DNA from: an uncultured Candidatus Saccharibacteria bacterium
GTDB taxonomy: Bacteria > Patescibacteriota > Minisyncoccia > Phycocordibacterales > UBA9973
Length of the DNA: 64,000 nucleotides
Assembly: GCA_964544225.1 (NCBI GenBank)
Contig: CAZIZK010000001.1
Coordinates: 271,477-335,476, forward strand
Direction of reading: 5' to 3'
Shown: positions 40,017 to 49,440 of the stretch, one piece after another
Numbering within the stretch: the first letter of the stretch is position 1
Layout: each line of letters starts with the position of its first letter
Made by a program: the position numbers and the translations under genes
The notes under the pieces: model-generated
Told to the model about the DNA's origin: nothing
The model's database searches: none
What the model saw: only the letters and a program-made list of their open reading frames with translations

Positions 40017-41468
40017 ATGAACAATAAAGTATTTTATATTACGACAACATTACCATACGTAAATGCACCATTGCACATGGGGCACGCTCTTGAGTTCGTG
40101 CGTGTAGACACCATAGCCCGCTACAAGAAGCTGGTAGGGTACGATGTGTATTTCAACACTGGTACCGACGAGCATGGAGTAAAAATATTTGAGAAAGCAC
40201 AAGAGAATAATCTAACAGCTCAAGAGTTCGTAGACCAAGGCTTCGCTACTTTCAAAGAACAGTTGGTAATGTTCGGCGTTACCGATGATGTACACTTTAT
40301 CCGCACTACAGACAAGCATCATGAAAAGGCCGCCCAGGAATTGTGGAAGAGGGTACAAGAAAATGGCTATATCTACAAGAAGAACTATGAGGCTAAATAT
40401 TGTGTTGGTTGCGAGAGCGAGAAGACTGATTCAGAATTGAATGATGACGGCGAATGTCCCGACCACCCAGGCCGACCACTTGAGACAATAAATGAAGAGA
40501 ACTATTTCTTTAAATATTCTGCATTTACCGACAAGCTCCTAGACTTTTATGCAAAGAATCCAAATTTTGTAATACCCGAATTCCGATATAACGAGATGAA
40601 GAGTTTCGTATCTGGAGGACTCCAAGACTTTTCTATATCACGTATCAAATCAAAGATGCCTTGGGGTATACCTGTGCCAGGCGACGACACTCAGGTGATG
40701 TACGTATGGTTCGATGCATTGACCAACTATATATCTACACTGGGCTGGCCCGACGAGGCAAGTGACTTCGATAAATACTGGGTCAATGGTAACCCTACAC
40801 AGTACTGTGGCAAGGATAATACCCGATTCCAGAGCGCAATGTGGCAAGCCATGCTCATGGCAGCAGGGGTACCAAATAGTCACCAGATAGTGGTAAACGG
40901 CTTCATAACAGCCGATGGGGGCCTGAAGATGAGTAAGACTCTGGGTAATGTTGTAGACCCGCGTGATGTAGTGGCCGAATATGGAACTGATGCATTGCGC
41001 TACTTCCTACTGCGAGAAATCAGTAATTTCGAGGACAGCCCGTTTACTATTGAAAGATTCAAAGATGCGTATAATTCGGGTCTGGCCAATGGTATTGGTA
41101 ACTTATCTTCACGCTTGTTGAACTTGTCTGAGAAATATTTAGACAAGGTAGAAATATCAGAACTGAATGAGGATTTAATATACAAAGAATTCTTCAATCA
41201 TTTGGATAATTTCCAAATCAATAAAGCTATGGATATGGTGTGGGTAAAGATAGGGGATTTGGACAAGAAGATCCAAGAGACAGAACCATTTAAGGTGATA
41301 AAAGTAGATCCTGATCGAGGTAAAGGTTTGATACACGAGATGGTAGTAGAGCTATATTCTATTGCTCGTATGCTCGCACCGATCATGCCAGAAACAAGCC
41401 ATAAACTTATGGAATATATTGTAGATAACAAAAAGCCAACTGAGCCACTATTTTTAAGAAAAGATTAA
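40017..41468 (+). CDS. metG: Methionine--tRNA ligase (short form)
   Basis: YVNAPLHMGH, GTDEHG, YVWFDAL, KMSKT. Confidence 0.97.
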   Translation: MNNKVFYITTTLPYVNAPLHMGHALEFVRVDTIARYKKLVGYDVYFNTGTDEHGVKIFEKAQENNLTAQEFVDQGFATFKEQLVMFGVTDDVHFIRTTDKHHEKAAQELWKRVQENGYIYKKNYEAKYCVGCESEKTDSELNDDGECPDHPGRPLETINEENYFFKYSAFTDKLLDFYAKNPNFVIPEFRYNEMKSFVSGGLQDFSISRIKSKMPWGIPVPGDDTQVMYVWFDALTNYISTLGWPDEASDFDKYWVNGNPTQYCGKDNTRFQSAMWQAMLMAAGVPNSHQIVVNGFITADGGLKMSKTLGNVVDPRDVVAEYGTDALRYFLLREISNFEDSPFTIERFKDAYNSGLANGIGNLSSRLLNLSEKYLDKVEISELNEDLIYKEFFNHLDNFQINKAMDMVWVKIGDLDKKIQETEPFKVIKVDPDRGKGLIHEMVVELYSIARMLAPIMPETSHKLMEYIVDNKKPTEPLFLRKD

Positions 41469-41469
41469 T

Positions 41470-42309
41470 ATGAATTTTAAATACATAGACATACATTCAC
41501 ATACAAACTTCAAAGCCTTTGATGAGGATAGGGACGAAGTGATAAAGAGGGCACTTGATGCGGGCGTTATGGTTATCAATGTGGGTACACAGATCGATAC
41601 TTCACGCAAAGCGGTAGAGATGGCACATCAATACGATGGCGTGTATGCGATCATAGGGCTACACCCAATACACACAGGCGCATCGTATCACGATACGAAG
41701 GAGCTAGGTGAAGAGGGTAAGGCGTTCACTTCTCGTGGTGAAGTTTTCGACTACGAAGCTTACAAAGAACTATTAAAAGACCCAAAGGTGGTAGCAATAG
41801 GTGAGTGTGGGCTCGACTATTATCGTTGCACAGAAGAAACAATTGCAAAGCAGAAGGAGGCTTTTATAATGCAGATAGAATTGGCCAATGAATTCAACAA
41901 GCCACTGATGCTACATATTCGCAATAATCCAGAAGACAACTCTCGCAATGCATATGCCGACGCATTGGCAATACTAAAGGAGTACGCAAAGGTAAAGGGT
42001 GATGTGCATTTCTTTGCAGGTACACTTGTGGATGCGAAAGCCTTCAATGATTTTGGCTTTACACTTTCATTTACCGGAGTGGTAACATTTACCCATGATT
42101 ATGATGAAGTAGTACGCCAGACACCATTGGATATGATAATGTCGGAAACCGATTCACCATATATCACCCCTGTACCATACCGAGGCAAGCGCAATGAGCC
42201 TGTGTATGTTATAGAAGTGGTGAAAAAGATAGCTGAAATAAAGGGCCTATCCGAGGCCGAGGTAGCCGAGGCCCTAATGGCCAATGCTAAGAGGGTTTTT
42301 GACATATAG
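41470..42309 (+). CDS. tatD: TatD family nuclease
   Basis: DIHSH, GLHP, IGECGLDY, ETDSPY; follows metG. Confidence 0.93.
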   Translation: MNFKYIDIHSHTNFKAFDEDRDEVIKRALDAGVMVINVGTQIDTSRKAVEMAHQYDGVYAIIGLHPIHTGASYHDTKELGEEGKAFTSRGEVFDYEAYKELLKDPKVVAIGECGLDYYRCTEETIAKQKEAFIMQIELANEFNKPLMLHIRNNPEDNSRNAYADALAILKEYAKVKGDVHFFAGTLVDAKAFNDFGFTLSFTGVVTFTHDYDEVVRQTPLDMIMSETDSPYITPVPYRGKRNEPVYVIEVVKKIAEIKGLSEAEVAEALMANAKRVFDI

Positions 42310-42418
42310 GCACTTTTTTGGTAATATAACCCCACATCTCGTTTGTCTTGGCTCTGAATCCAAGACACTTTGGTCCGTAGCGGGGTGGTATTATTAAATT
42401 AAAATTAAACGTATTTCT
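42299..42418 (+). promoter_or_regulatory. rpsF promoter and structured leader
   Basis: TTGACA(42299)-17 nt-TAATAT; hairpin TGTCTTGG/CCAAGACA inside ACCCC/GGGGT. Confidence 0.55.
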
Positions 42419-42886
42419 ATGGAAAAAGAAGCAAAAATGACCGTATATGAAGTCGGATACCTTTTGGTACCAACTATCGCGGAAGAAAATGTAGGTGGTG
42501 AAGTTACAAACTTGAAGGATATGCTAGCTTCAAATGGGGCACAATTCATCTCTGATGAGTTCCCAAAGATGATGGAGCTTGCGTACCAGATGTCACGTGA
42601 CATTGCCAACAAGAAGAACAAGTTTACTACAGGCTACTTTGGCTGGGTAAAGTTCGAACTTCCAACCGAGAACGCTTTGACTGTAAAAGGCAATCTTGAT
42701 CGAAATGAGTCTATTATAAGATACCTTATGATAAAGACAGTTCGTGAGAGTACAATGTCTACAAAGCGTACTTATACAAAGGATGCTACAAAGCGCCGTA
42801 CTACACCAAGTGCAGATGCAGCCCCAGTAGAGCCAATGAATGAAGAAGTTATAGACAAGGAAATAGACGCTCTTGTGTTAGAATAA
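42419..42886 (+). CDS. rpsF: 30S ribosomal protein S6
   Basis: YE..YLL.P, LAY, GYF, IIRY; rpsF-ssb-rpsR synteny. Confidence 0.9.
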   Translation: MEKEAKMTVYEVGYLLVPTIAEENVGGEVTNLKDMLASNGAQFISDEFPKMMELAYQMSRDIANKKNKFTTGYFGWVKFELPTENALTVKGNLDRNESIIRYLMIKTVRESTMSTKRTYTKDATKRRTTPSADAAPVEPMNEEVIDKEIDALVLE

Positions 42887-42915
42887 AGTTATTAGTCACC
42901 TAATTAACTAAATAT

Positions 42916-43371
42916 ATGTATCTAAACAAAGCATTGATAATAGGGAACCTGACTCGTGATCCAGAGCTAAAGACTCTCCCTTCAGGTATAAAGGTGTGTA
43001 GTTTCTCAGTAGCAACGAACCGTGTTTGGAAGGACCAAAACGGTGCTCGTCAAGAAGCTGCTGATTATCACAATGTAGTCGTATTCGGTCGCCAAGCCGA
43101 GACAGTTGCCCAGTATATGAAGAAGGGTAGCAACCTATTGGTAGAGGGCCGTATGCAGACACGTAGTTGGGATGATCAAGCTACAGGTACAAAGAAGTAT
43201 CGTACAGAAGTAGTTGCAGATCGTGTACAGTTTGGTAACGCAGGTGGTGCAGGGGGAACACAGGGTTCTGCCCCAAAGCAGTCAGCTCCACAAGGAGAAA
43301 GTGAAGACAGTAATCTCGACACTATCGACTACCCACAAGACGACATCACTTCCGAGGACATTCCGTTCTAA
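42916..43371 (+). CDS. ssb: Single-stranded DNA-binding protein
   Basis: LNKALIIGNLTRDPE, C-terminal DIPF. Confidence 0.98.
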   Translation: MYLNKALIIGNLTRDPELKTLPSGIKVCSFSVATNRVWKDQNGARQEAADYHNVVVFGRQAETVAQYMKKGSNLLVEGRMQTRSWDDQATGTKKYRTEVVADRVQFGNAGGAGGTQGSAPKQSAPQGESEDSNLDTIDYPQDDITSEDIPF

Positions 43372-43397
43372 ACAATTAAAAGTTAAATTATAAAATT

Positions 43398-43598
43398 ATG
43401 AAACAAGATTATTTCTCTTCAAACAATATAAAGCATATTGACTACAAGGATACAGAACTACTTCGCCGTTTCCTTGCCCCAAACGCTCGTATGATGGCAC
43501 GCCGCCGTACAAACGTTACAGCAAAGAACCAGCGCAAGCTATCTGAAGCTATCAAGCGCGCCCGCTTTATGGGCCTACTCCCATTCGTAGCAAAATAA
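43398..43598 (+). CDS. rpsR: 30S ribosomal protein S18
   Basis: IDYKD..LL.RF, QR.L..AIKRAR..GLLPF. Confidence 0.97.
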   Translation: MKQDYFSSNNIKHIDYKDTELLRRFLAPNARMMARRRTNVTAKNQRKLSEAIKRARFMGLLPFVAK

Positions 43599-43601
43599 GC
43601 T

Positions 43602-43638
43602 AAAATAAAAATCCCCACATTGTGGGGATTTTTATTTT
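43602..43638. terminator. Bidirectional terminator between rpsR and efp
   Basis: AAAATAAAAATCCCCACA/TGTGGGGATTTTTATTTT inverted repeat. Confidence 0.8.
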
Positions 43639-43643
43639 GTATT

Positions 43644-44222
43644 TTATTCAGTTACTCTTTCTACGTAGTCGCCAGTTTCGGTGTTGATACGGATCTTGTC
43701 ACCAGTGTTTAGGAAGAAGGGGACATTTATATTGATACCATTCTCCAATACTACTACCTTGCCTCCGCCATTGGCTGTGTTGCCTTTTATAGATGGGGGA
43801 GCCTCCTTTATGATAAACTCCATCTTTACTGGCAATTTGATGCTGATTATCTGATCCTCACCATCATTGTCCCAGACAAGAGCTGTAACATTTTCATTTG
43901 GCTTTAGGAATTTTGTAGATGTACCTAACACAGCTTCAGATAATTGGAAGCGGTCCTTTGGGTTTGTAGGGTCGCAGAACCAGTATTCACCCTTGTTCGC
44001 AAATAGGAACTTGACCTCCTTTTTGTTTACATCTGCTTCGTGGGCTTTGTCGGAAGCATGGAAGGTAGTGTTCACTGTACGACCAGTAATAAGACTCTTC
44101 AGCTTTACCTGGTTCTGAGGCTTCCTCTGCTGAGTGCGGGCTACATGACTCTCGAGCACTTCACAAGGCTCATCCTCGTATATAATAATCTTCTTTTCTT
44201 TGATTTCTGAATATTCTAACAT
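43644..44222 (-). CDS. efp: Elongation factor P
   Basis: KLKSLITG, P.IKGNTA, K...LENG..I.VPFF..GD.I.INT.TG.YVER. Confidence 0.92.
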   Translation of the reverse strand: MLEYSEIKEKKIIIYEDEPCEVLESHVARTQQRKPQNQVKLKSLITGRTVNTTFHASDKAHEADVNKKEVKFLFANKGEYWFCDPTNPKDRFQLSEAVLGTSTKFLKPNENVTALVWDNDGEDQIISIKLPVKMEFIIKEAPPSIKGNTANGGGKVVVLENGININVPFFLNTGDKIRINTETGDYVERVTE

Positions 44223-44264
44223 AGGCTTTTTATAACAAATTTATAATATAAAAACAAGTAAAAT

Positions 44265-44380
44265 AAAAGTATTACATAGTCTCTTTGTAGGGGGTTTTGC
44301 GAGCGACTGGCGAGCAAACTTCAGGATTTTTTAAGCTTCAAAAAATCCGTACCCGGAAAAGAGAGCTATGTAATACTTTT
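44265..44380. repeat. 116-bp multi-branched palindromic element between recA and efp
   Basis: 15-bp perfect terminal inverted repeat AAAAGTATTACATAG/CTATGTAATACTTTT with internal hairpins. Confidence 0.65.
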
Positions 44381-44387
44381 TTAATAA

Positions 44388-45434
44388 CTATTCTCCACTA
44401 CTTACTACCTGGATCTCGCCAAAGCGAGAGCGGACTTCCTTTAGGATACTGTCAGCAACTTTCTTATTTTCCTTTAGCCATGTGCGTGTAGCGTCATAGC
44501 CACGACCCATAGATACTTTGTTACCTTCTTTGTCTTTCATAGAGTATGAAGCACCAGACTTTTCTATTATGCCTAGCTTCTCACCGAGTGCCATGATCTC
44601 ACCCTCGCGTGAGATACCCTCACCATACAGTATATCGAACTCTGTTTGCTTGAATGGGGCAGCGACTTTATTCTTTACCACCTTTACACGTGTACGGCTA
44701 CCTACAACCTCTTCACCCTTCTTTATCTGGGCGATACGGCGGATGTCTAGGCGAATAGATGTATAGAACTTCAAAGCCTTACCACCCGGAGTAGTCTCTG
44801 GATTACCAAACATGATACCGATCTGCATACGGATCTGGTTGATAAATATCACAACAGTGTTTGAACGGGCTACAATGGCAGTCAATTTGCGGAGTGCTTG
44901 TGACATAAGACGAGCTTGCTTACCCACATGGCTCTGACCCATATCACCCTCGATCTCATCTTTTGGAGTCAACGCTGCTACAGAGTCGATAACAATAACG
45001 TCTATCTTGCCAGAACGAACCAGACTCTCTGTAATCTCTAGGCCTTGTTCACCAGTGTCTGGCTGTGATATTAGAAGTTCTTTTATATTTACACCCAACT
45101 TCTTTGCATACTCTGGGTCCATTGCATGTTCAGCATCTATATATGCACATACGCCACCCTTTTTCTGAGCTTCGGCTACTATATGTAGGGCTAGGGTTGT
45201 CTTACCAGATGACTCTGGGCCAAATATCTCGATCATTCTTCCGCGTGGTACACCACCTACACCAAGAGCCATGTCTAGACCAATAGATCCAGTAGGGATC
45301 ACGTCTATATCTACCTTTGGAGCGTCACCCATCTTCATGATCGCACCTTCACCGAACTTTGTCTGGATAGAACGGATTGTATCTTCTATCGCTCCGCCCA
45401 TCTCCTTTGGGGCCTTTTTTGCTTTCTTTTGCAT
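44388..45434 (-). CDS. recA: Recombinase A
   Basis: [29 protein letters not shown]. Confidence 0.99.
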   Translation of the reverse strand: MQKKAKKAPKEMGGAIEDTIRSIQTKFGEGAIMKMGDAPKVDIDVIPTGSIGLDMALGVGGVPRGRMIEIFGPESSGKTTLALHIVAEAQKKGGVCAYIDAEHAMDPEYAKKLGVNIKELLISQPDTGEQGLEITESLVRSGKIDVIVIDSVAALTPKDEIEGDMGQSHVGKQARLMSQALRKLTAIVARSNTVVIFINQIRMQIGIMFGNPETTPGGKALKFYTSIRLDIRRIAQIKKGEEVVGSRTRVKVVKNKVAAPFKQTEFDILYGEGISREGEIMALGEKLGIIEKSGASYSMKDKEGNKVSMGRGYDATRTWLKENKKVADSILKEVRSRFGEIQVVSSGE

Positions 45435-45452
45435 ATATTATTTAAAATTAAT

Positions 45453-45851
45453 TTATAAATTTGTATTTGTTACTTGGTATGCGACTGATTTGTTGTTGGC
45501 TGTGTACACTTGCATCGTCTTTTCTTTCATCTTTCCGAATTGGTCTGTAGCGGTGAGTGTAATAATGGAGAATCCAGAGGGGAGAGCAACACTATCTGTA
45601 AATGACCCATCTTTGTCTATGTATATCTCTCGGCCATTGATAGCAAAGTGCACAGCATTCTTTGCAAAGCCCGATATCTGGGACACACCAGTGTTCTCTG
45701 TATAATTGTTTATATTTGCTTTTATGTTCACACCGTAGAATATCTCGCGCATCTGTACAAAACTATAAACACTGATAGTAACAAACAGGAATACTGACAA
45801 AGATGCCCGTACCCAGAATGCTATATTTTTGTTGTTTATACTTTTTTTCAT
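45453..45851 (-). CDS. Membrane-anchored small Ig-like hypothetical protein
   Basis: N-terminal TM, then ING.EI..D.DG.F...L..G...I...A.D.FG beta-sandwich pattern. Confidence 0.7.
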   Translation of the reverse strand: MKKSINNKNIAFWVRASLSVFLFVTISVYSFVQMREIFYGVNIKANINNYTENTGVSQISGFAKNAVHFAINGREIYIDKDGSFTDSVALPSGFSIITLTATDQFGKMKEKTMQVYTANNKSVAYQVTNTNL

Positions 45852-45856
45852 AATAT

Positions 45857-48067
45857 TTATTCCATAGGGGCTGTGTGATCCATAGACTTTTCTAATACAT
45901 CACGAGGCTTGGATCCGTTACCAGGGCCCACAACTCCACGCTCTTCGAGCATGTCGATCAATTTTGCAGCACGAGCGTATCCAACACCTAGCTTGCGTTG
46001 TAGGAATGATGTACTTGCTTTGCCAGAGTCTATAACTGTCATGCGGGCGTCTTCATACAAGTCATCGTCGGCGTTGTCATCCATACTTGCGTTAAATAGG
46101 TTATTGCCACCTTCTATATTGCCGGAAAGTTCTATCTCATCTGGAAGCTCGTCTTGATAAGCCCTCCTTAGATATTGTACCACTTTTTTCACTTCTTCTT
46201 CAGAGATAAAGGCACTCTGTAGGCGCTCTGGCTGACTCATCTCACCTGAGGCATATAGCATGTCTCCGGCACCTAGCAACTTCTCTGCACCAGCAGCGTC
46301 CAATATAGTACGTGAGTCGATCTGTGATGACACCTGTAGGGCAACACGAGTAGGGACATTGGCCTTGATAAGCCCTGTAATAACGTTTACAGAAGGGCGC
46401 TGTGTGGAAAGTATAAGGTGTATACCCACAGCACGGGACATCTGAGCTAGGCGTACGATAGCACTCTCAAGCTCTCTTGGGTATGACTGCATTATGTCGG
46501 CCAACTCATCGATAATGATCACGATATATGGCATACGCTCGGCGTTATCTTCAGCCTTCTTCTTTGGTAGTACTGTATTGTGGTAACTCTCAATATCACG
46601 CACAGCCTCACTCTCCAGGATGTCATAACGGCGATCCATCTCTTTTGCTGCCCATTTGAGCGCTAGGATACATTTCTTTGCATCAGTGATAACAGGGGTT
46701 AGCAGGTGGGGGATCTTGTTATATAGGGTCAACTCTACACGCTTTGGGTCCACCATGATCATGCGCATATCCTCAGGACCATTGCGGTAAAGGAGTGATG
46801 TGATGACTGAATGGATAGTTACAGACTTACCAGAACCTGTCGCACCAGCGATCAATGCATGAGGCATCTTTGCCAGGTTACCGAAATACGCACGTCCAGA
46901 TAGGCCCTTACCTAGGGCTACTGTTAGAGGCTTGCCTGCATTTTGGAATTTCTCATCAGACAGTAGTGTTGCAAGGCCGACTGTAGACTTGACCTTGTTC
47001 GGGATCTCGATACCTACAAGAGACTTGCCAGGGATAGGGGCTTCGATACGGATAGGGTGTGCAGCGAGCGCCAGCGCCAGGTCGTTCTGTAGGCCTACTA
47101 TACGTGATAGCTTCATACCTTGGGCAGGCTTCAGTGCGTAGCGAGTAACAGTAGGGCCGATAGTTACCTCGTCCATCTCTACTTGGATACCAAAGTTCGC
47201 AAGAGTGCGCTGGATGATGTTCATGTTGGCTTTGATATCACCAACATTTGGCTTGCCTTTGTCGCGTTCAAGGAGTGTAAGTGGGGGAGGGACATATGCA
47301 CCTGCCACCTTTCTCTTCTTTGGAACAAAGTCTTCGTCAAAATTTTCTTCAGGTATCTCGTCTGTTGTTTCGATCTGCTTTACCTCTTCTTTTGGCTCCT
47401 CTTTTATTTCTTCATCTTCGTAATTGTATTCATCATAAGACTCTTCTTTTTTACTAAAGAGTGACAAGTTCAACTTTTGAGTAAAGAAACTTTTTACACT
47501 ATTCCATACACCTATTAGGTTCGGCTTGTTGTCGAACAGTACAATGAGTGAGATTATAAGTATCGCACCTAGGAAAAGCAGGCTCGCGTATATACCAAAT
47601 AGTTTTATAAAAGGCCAAGCGAACAAGCTACCTAGGTACCCACCCATCGCGATATTTTCTGAAGGTCCAGTTCCATTCATTGCAATATCCATAATCGCAA
47701 GTGATGATAACAATACTAATGCACCGGTGACAGCGTGCAGGCGAGCAACCTGTGGTTTGCCTTTACGCATAAATGATACACCTACAACACCCAGAAGTAC
47801 CGGTAGGAAGTAGTACCCCACACCAAAGAATGAATTAAATATCTTGGAAAAGAATGTTCCAGCTACGCCCGCAGATTGGAAGAACGACATAACAATAAAT
47901 ACTCCCAATACAAAGAAGCTAACACCGATAATACTGTGCCTAGTTTCTTCTTTTAGTTCTACTTTTACTTTACCTTTTTTATTAACAGACTTCTTGTTTT
48001 TACGAGGGGACTTTTTAACGTCCTCTTCGTCGAAATCTTCCTCTTCTTCAACAACTTTTTTTGCCAT
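45857..48067 (-). CDS. ftsK: DNA translocase FtsK/SpoIIIE
   Basis: Four-TM N-terminus, AGATGSGKS, IIDELAD, LSTQRPS, gamma domain GYARAA. Confidence 0.97.
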   Translation of the reverse strand: MAKKVVEEEEDFDEEDVKKSPRKNKKSVNKKGKVKVELKEETRHSIIGVSFFVLGVFIVMSFFQSAGVAGTFFSKIFNSFFGVGYYFLPVLLGVVGVSFMRKGKPQVARLHAVTGALVLLSSLAIMDIAMNGTGPSENIAMGGYLGSLFAWPFIKLFGIYASLLFLGAILIISLIVLFDNKPNLIGVWNSVKSFFTQKLNLSLFSKKEESYDEYNYEDEEIKEEPKEEVKQIETTDEIPEENFDEDFVPKKRKVAGAYVPPPLTLLERDKGKPNVGDIKANMNIIQRTLANFGIQVEMDEVTIGPTVTRYALKPAQGMKLSRIVGLQNDLALALAAHPIRIEAPIPGKSLVGIEIPNKVKSTVGLATLLSDEKFQNAGKPLTVALGKGLSGRAYFGNLAKMPHALIAGATGSGKSVTIHSVITSLLYRNGPEDMRMIMVDPKRVELTLYNKIPHLLTPVITDAKKCILALKWAAKEMDRRYDILESEAVRDIESYHNTVLPKKKAEDNAERMPYIVIIIDELADIMQSYPRELESAIVRLAQMSRAVGIHLILSTQRPSVNVITGLIKANVPTRVALQVSSQIDSRTILDAAGAEKLLGAGDMLYASGEMSQPERLQSAFISEEEVKKVVQYLRRAYQDELPDEIELSGNIEGGNNLFNASMDDNADDDLYEDARMTVIDSGKASTSFLQRKLGVGYARAAKLIDMLEERGVVGPGNGSKPRDVLEKSMDHTAPME

Positions 48068-48177
48068 AATATTTGATAATTATATCACGAATACCTGTGA
48101 ATAAGTAAGAAAAAAGTATTGTGGAATAATATGTTTCTGAAGAAAATCATTATTTTAAAAAGGTCTTTTTTCATTGC

Positions 48178-48207
48178 TTGCATTATGTCCTATGTCCGTT
48201 ATATAAT
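48178..48207 (+). promoter_or_regulatory. Promoter of the wHTH gene with tandem ATGTCC in the spacer
   Basis: TTGCAT-18 nt-TATAAT; the spacer contains TATGTCCTATGTCC. Confidence 0.55.
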
Positions 48208-48234
48208 GGTCAGGCAATTTACTAAAATATACTC

Positions 48235-49055
48235 AAAGACATAAAATGAATTACGAAAAAGACATACAAAATCAAACAGACAACAAGGCCCAGAATCAAA
48301 TGGACAACCATAAAGGACCCTTGTTTTACAGTGCTTTTTCACAATTCGCTACCAAAAAGACACAGAAGCTAGTCACAGCCTTGTACATGGTTACTGACTG
48401 CATGGAGGCCGACGAGGCGCTAAAGTCAAAGATGCGATCATTGGGCGTTGCCTTGTTATCAGACATACATGACCTAGCCCAGCTACGTGCATCGGACAAG
48501 CATTTTACAACAGCTTCATGCGTGTCTCGTATAAACGAAATAATCTCTTTTGTAGAGATAGCTTTCATCATCGGATTCGTGTCAGAAATGAATACTAATA
48601 TACTGAAGAATGAGTTCAATATATTGCGTTCCGAATTGCTGAAATTCCAGGAGAAGAACCAGACAAATGGTCCAGGTAACCCAGCCTTTGCAAGTAGCCC
48701 TGTAACCCACTTTTCTATCAATAGGGAGTCACTGTCAGTACCACTACCAACATACGAAGAGCCACAATCTTTACCAAAGCCTTTTTGGTCCAATGAATTA
48801 AACAATGTCCCTGATATAGCTGAAGAACCTAAAGGACAAATAAAAGACAATAAGGAGCATATGTCCTTTACAAAAAAGCTTGAGATGTTGTCTTTTAAAT
48901 CTAAAATGAACTCTGTATCTAATGATACACAAAAGTCCTTTACTAAAGAAGAAAAGTCCGATAGAAAGACAAAAATAGTTCAATTAATAAAGGATAAAAG
49001 GGAAGTAAGTATAAAGGACATATCATCGTCCTTTACAGATTGCTCGGAAAAGACA
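48235..49055. repeat. Dispersed AARGACA/TGTCYTT motif array
   Basis: 10 exact matches at 48235, 48258, 48356, 48832, 48843, 48862(rc), 48889(rc), 48965, 49014, 49049. Confidence 0.75.
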
Positions 49056-49142
49056 ATCCAGCGTGAACTCAATGATCTGGTGCTTAATGGACAAATACGC
49101 AAGTCGGGGGAGAAGCGCTGGTCCCGTTACCACAGTATCTAG
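48246..49142 (+). CDS. Putative DNA-binding protein: four-helix-bundle N-domain, linker, C-terminal winged HTH
   Basis: C-terminal RK..I.QLIK....SIKDI......SEKTIQRELNDLV..G.I.K.GEKRWSRY winged-HTH pattern; helical N-domain. Confidence 0.8.
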   Translation: MNYEKDIQNQTDNKAQNQMDNHKGPLFYSAFSQFATKKTQKLVTALYMVTDCMEADEALKSKMRSLGVALLSDIHDLAQLRASDKHFTTASCVSRINEIISFVEIAFIIGFVSEMNTNILKNEFNILRSELLKFQEKNQTNGPGNPAFASSPVTHFSINRESLSVPLPTYEEPQSLPKPFWSNELNNVPDIAEEPKGQIKDNKEHMSFTKKLEMLSFKSKMNSVSNDTQKSFTKEEKSDRKTKIVQLIKDKREVSIKDISSSFTDCSEKTIQRELNDLVLNGQIRKSGEKRWSRYHSI

Positions 49143-49149
49143 AACTTTT

Positions 49150-49191
49150 AAAATCCCCCGCAAGCGCCTTAGGCGCTTGCGGGGGATTTTC
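49150..49191. terminator. Strong GC-rich hairpin terminator
   Basis: AAAATCCCCCGCAAGCGCCT/AGGCGCTTGCGGGGGATTTT perfect inverted repeat. Confidence 0.8.
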
Positions 49192-49440
49192 ATAATAGTC
49201 TTGTAATAAAAGCCTTTTATATCCGTCTGTATATATAGGTATCGTGTCTGTGGCGAGTATTGTTTCAGAGGTTTAAAACCTCCGAGAATATCTATCCTAC
49301 ACAGGATATCCACACCATTTTCTATATGATTTTTATAGAGATGTGGTGTATAATGTTTTACGTATAGCACTAGTATATTTTCGTATATTGTGCTATCATA
49401 TAACATCTGTGGATATTGTGTATTTATATACAATATATAC

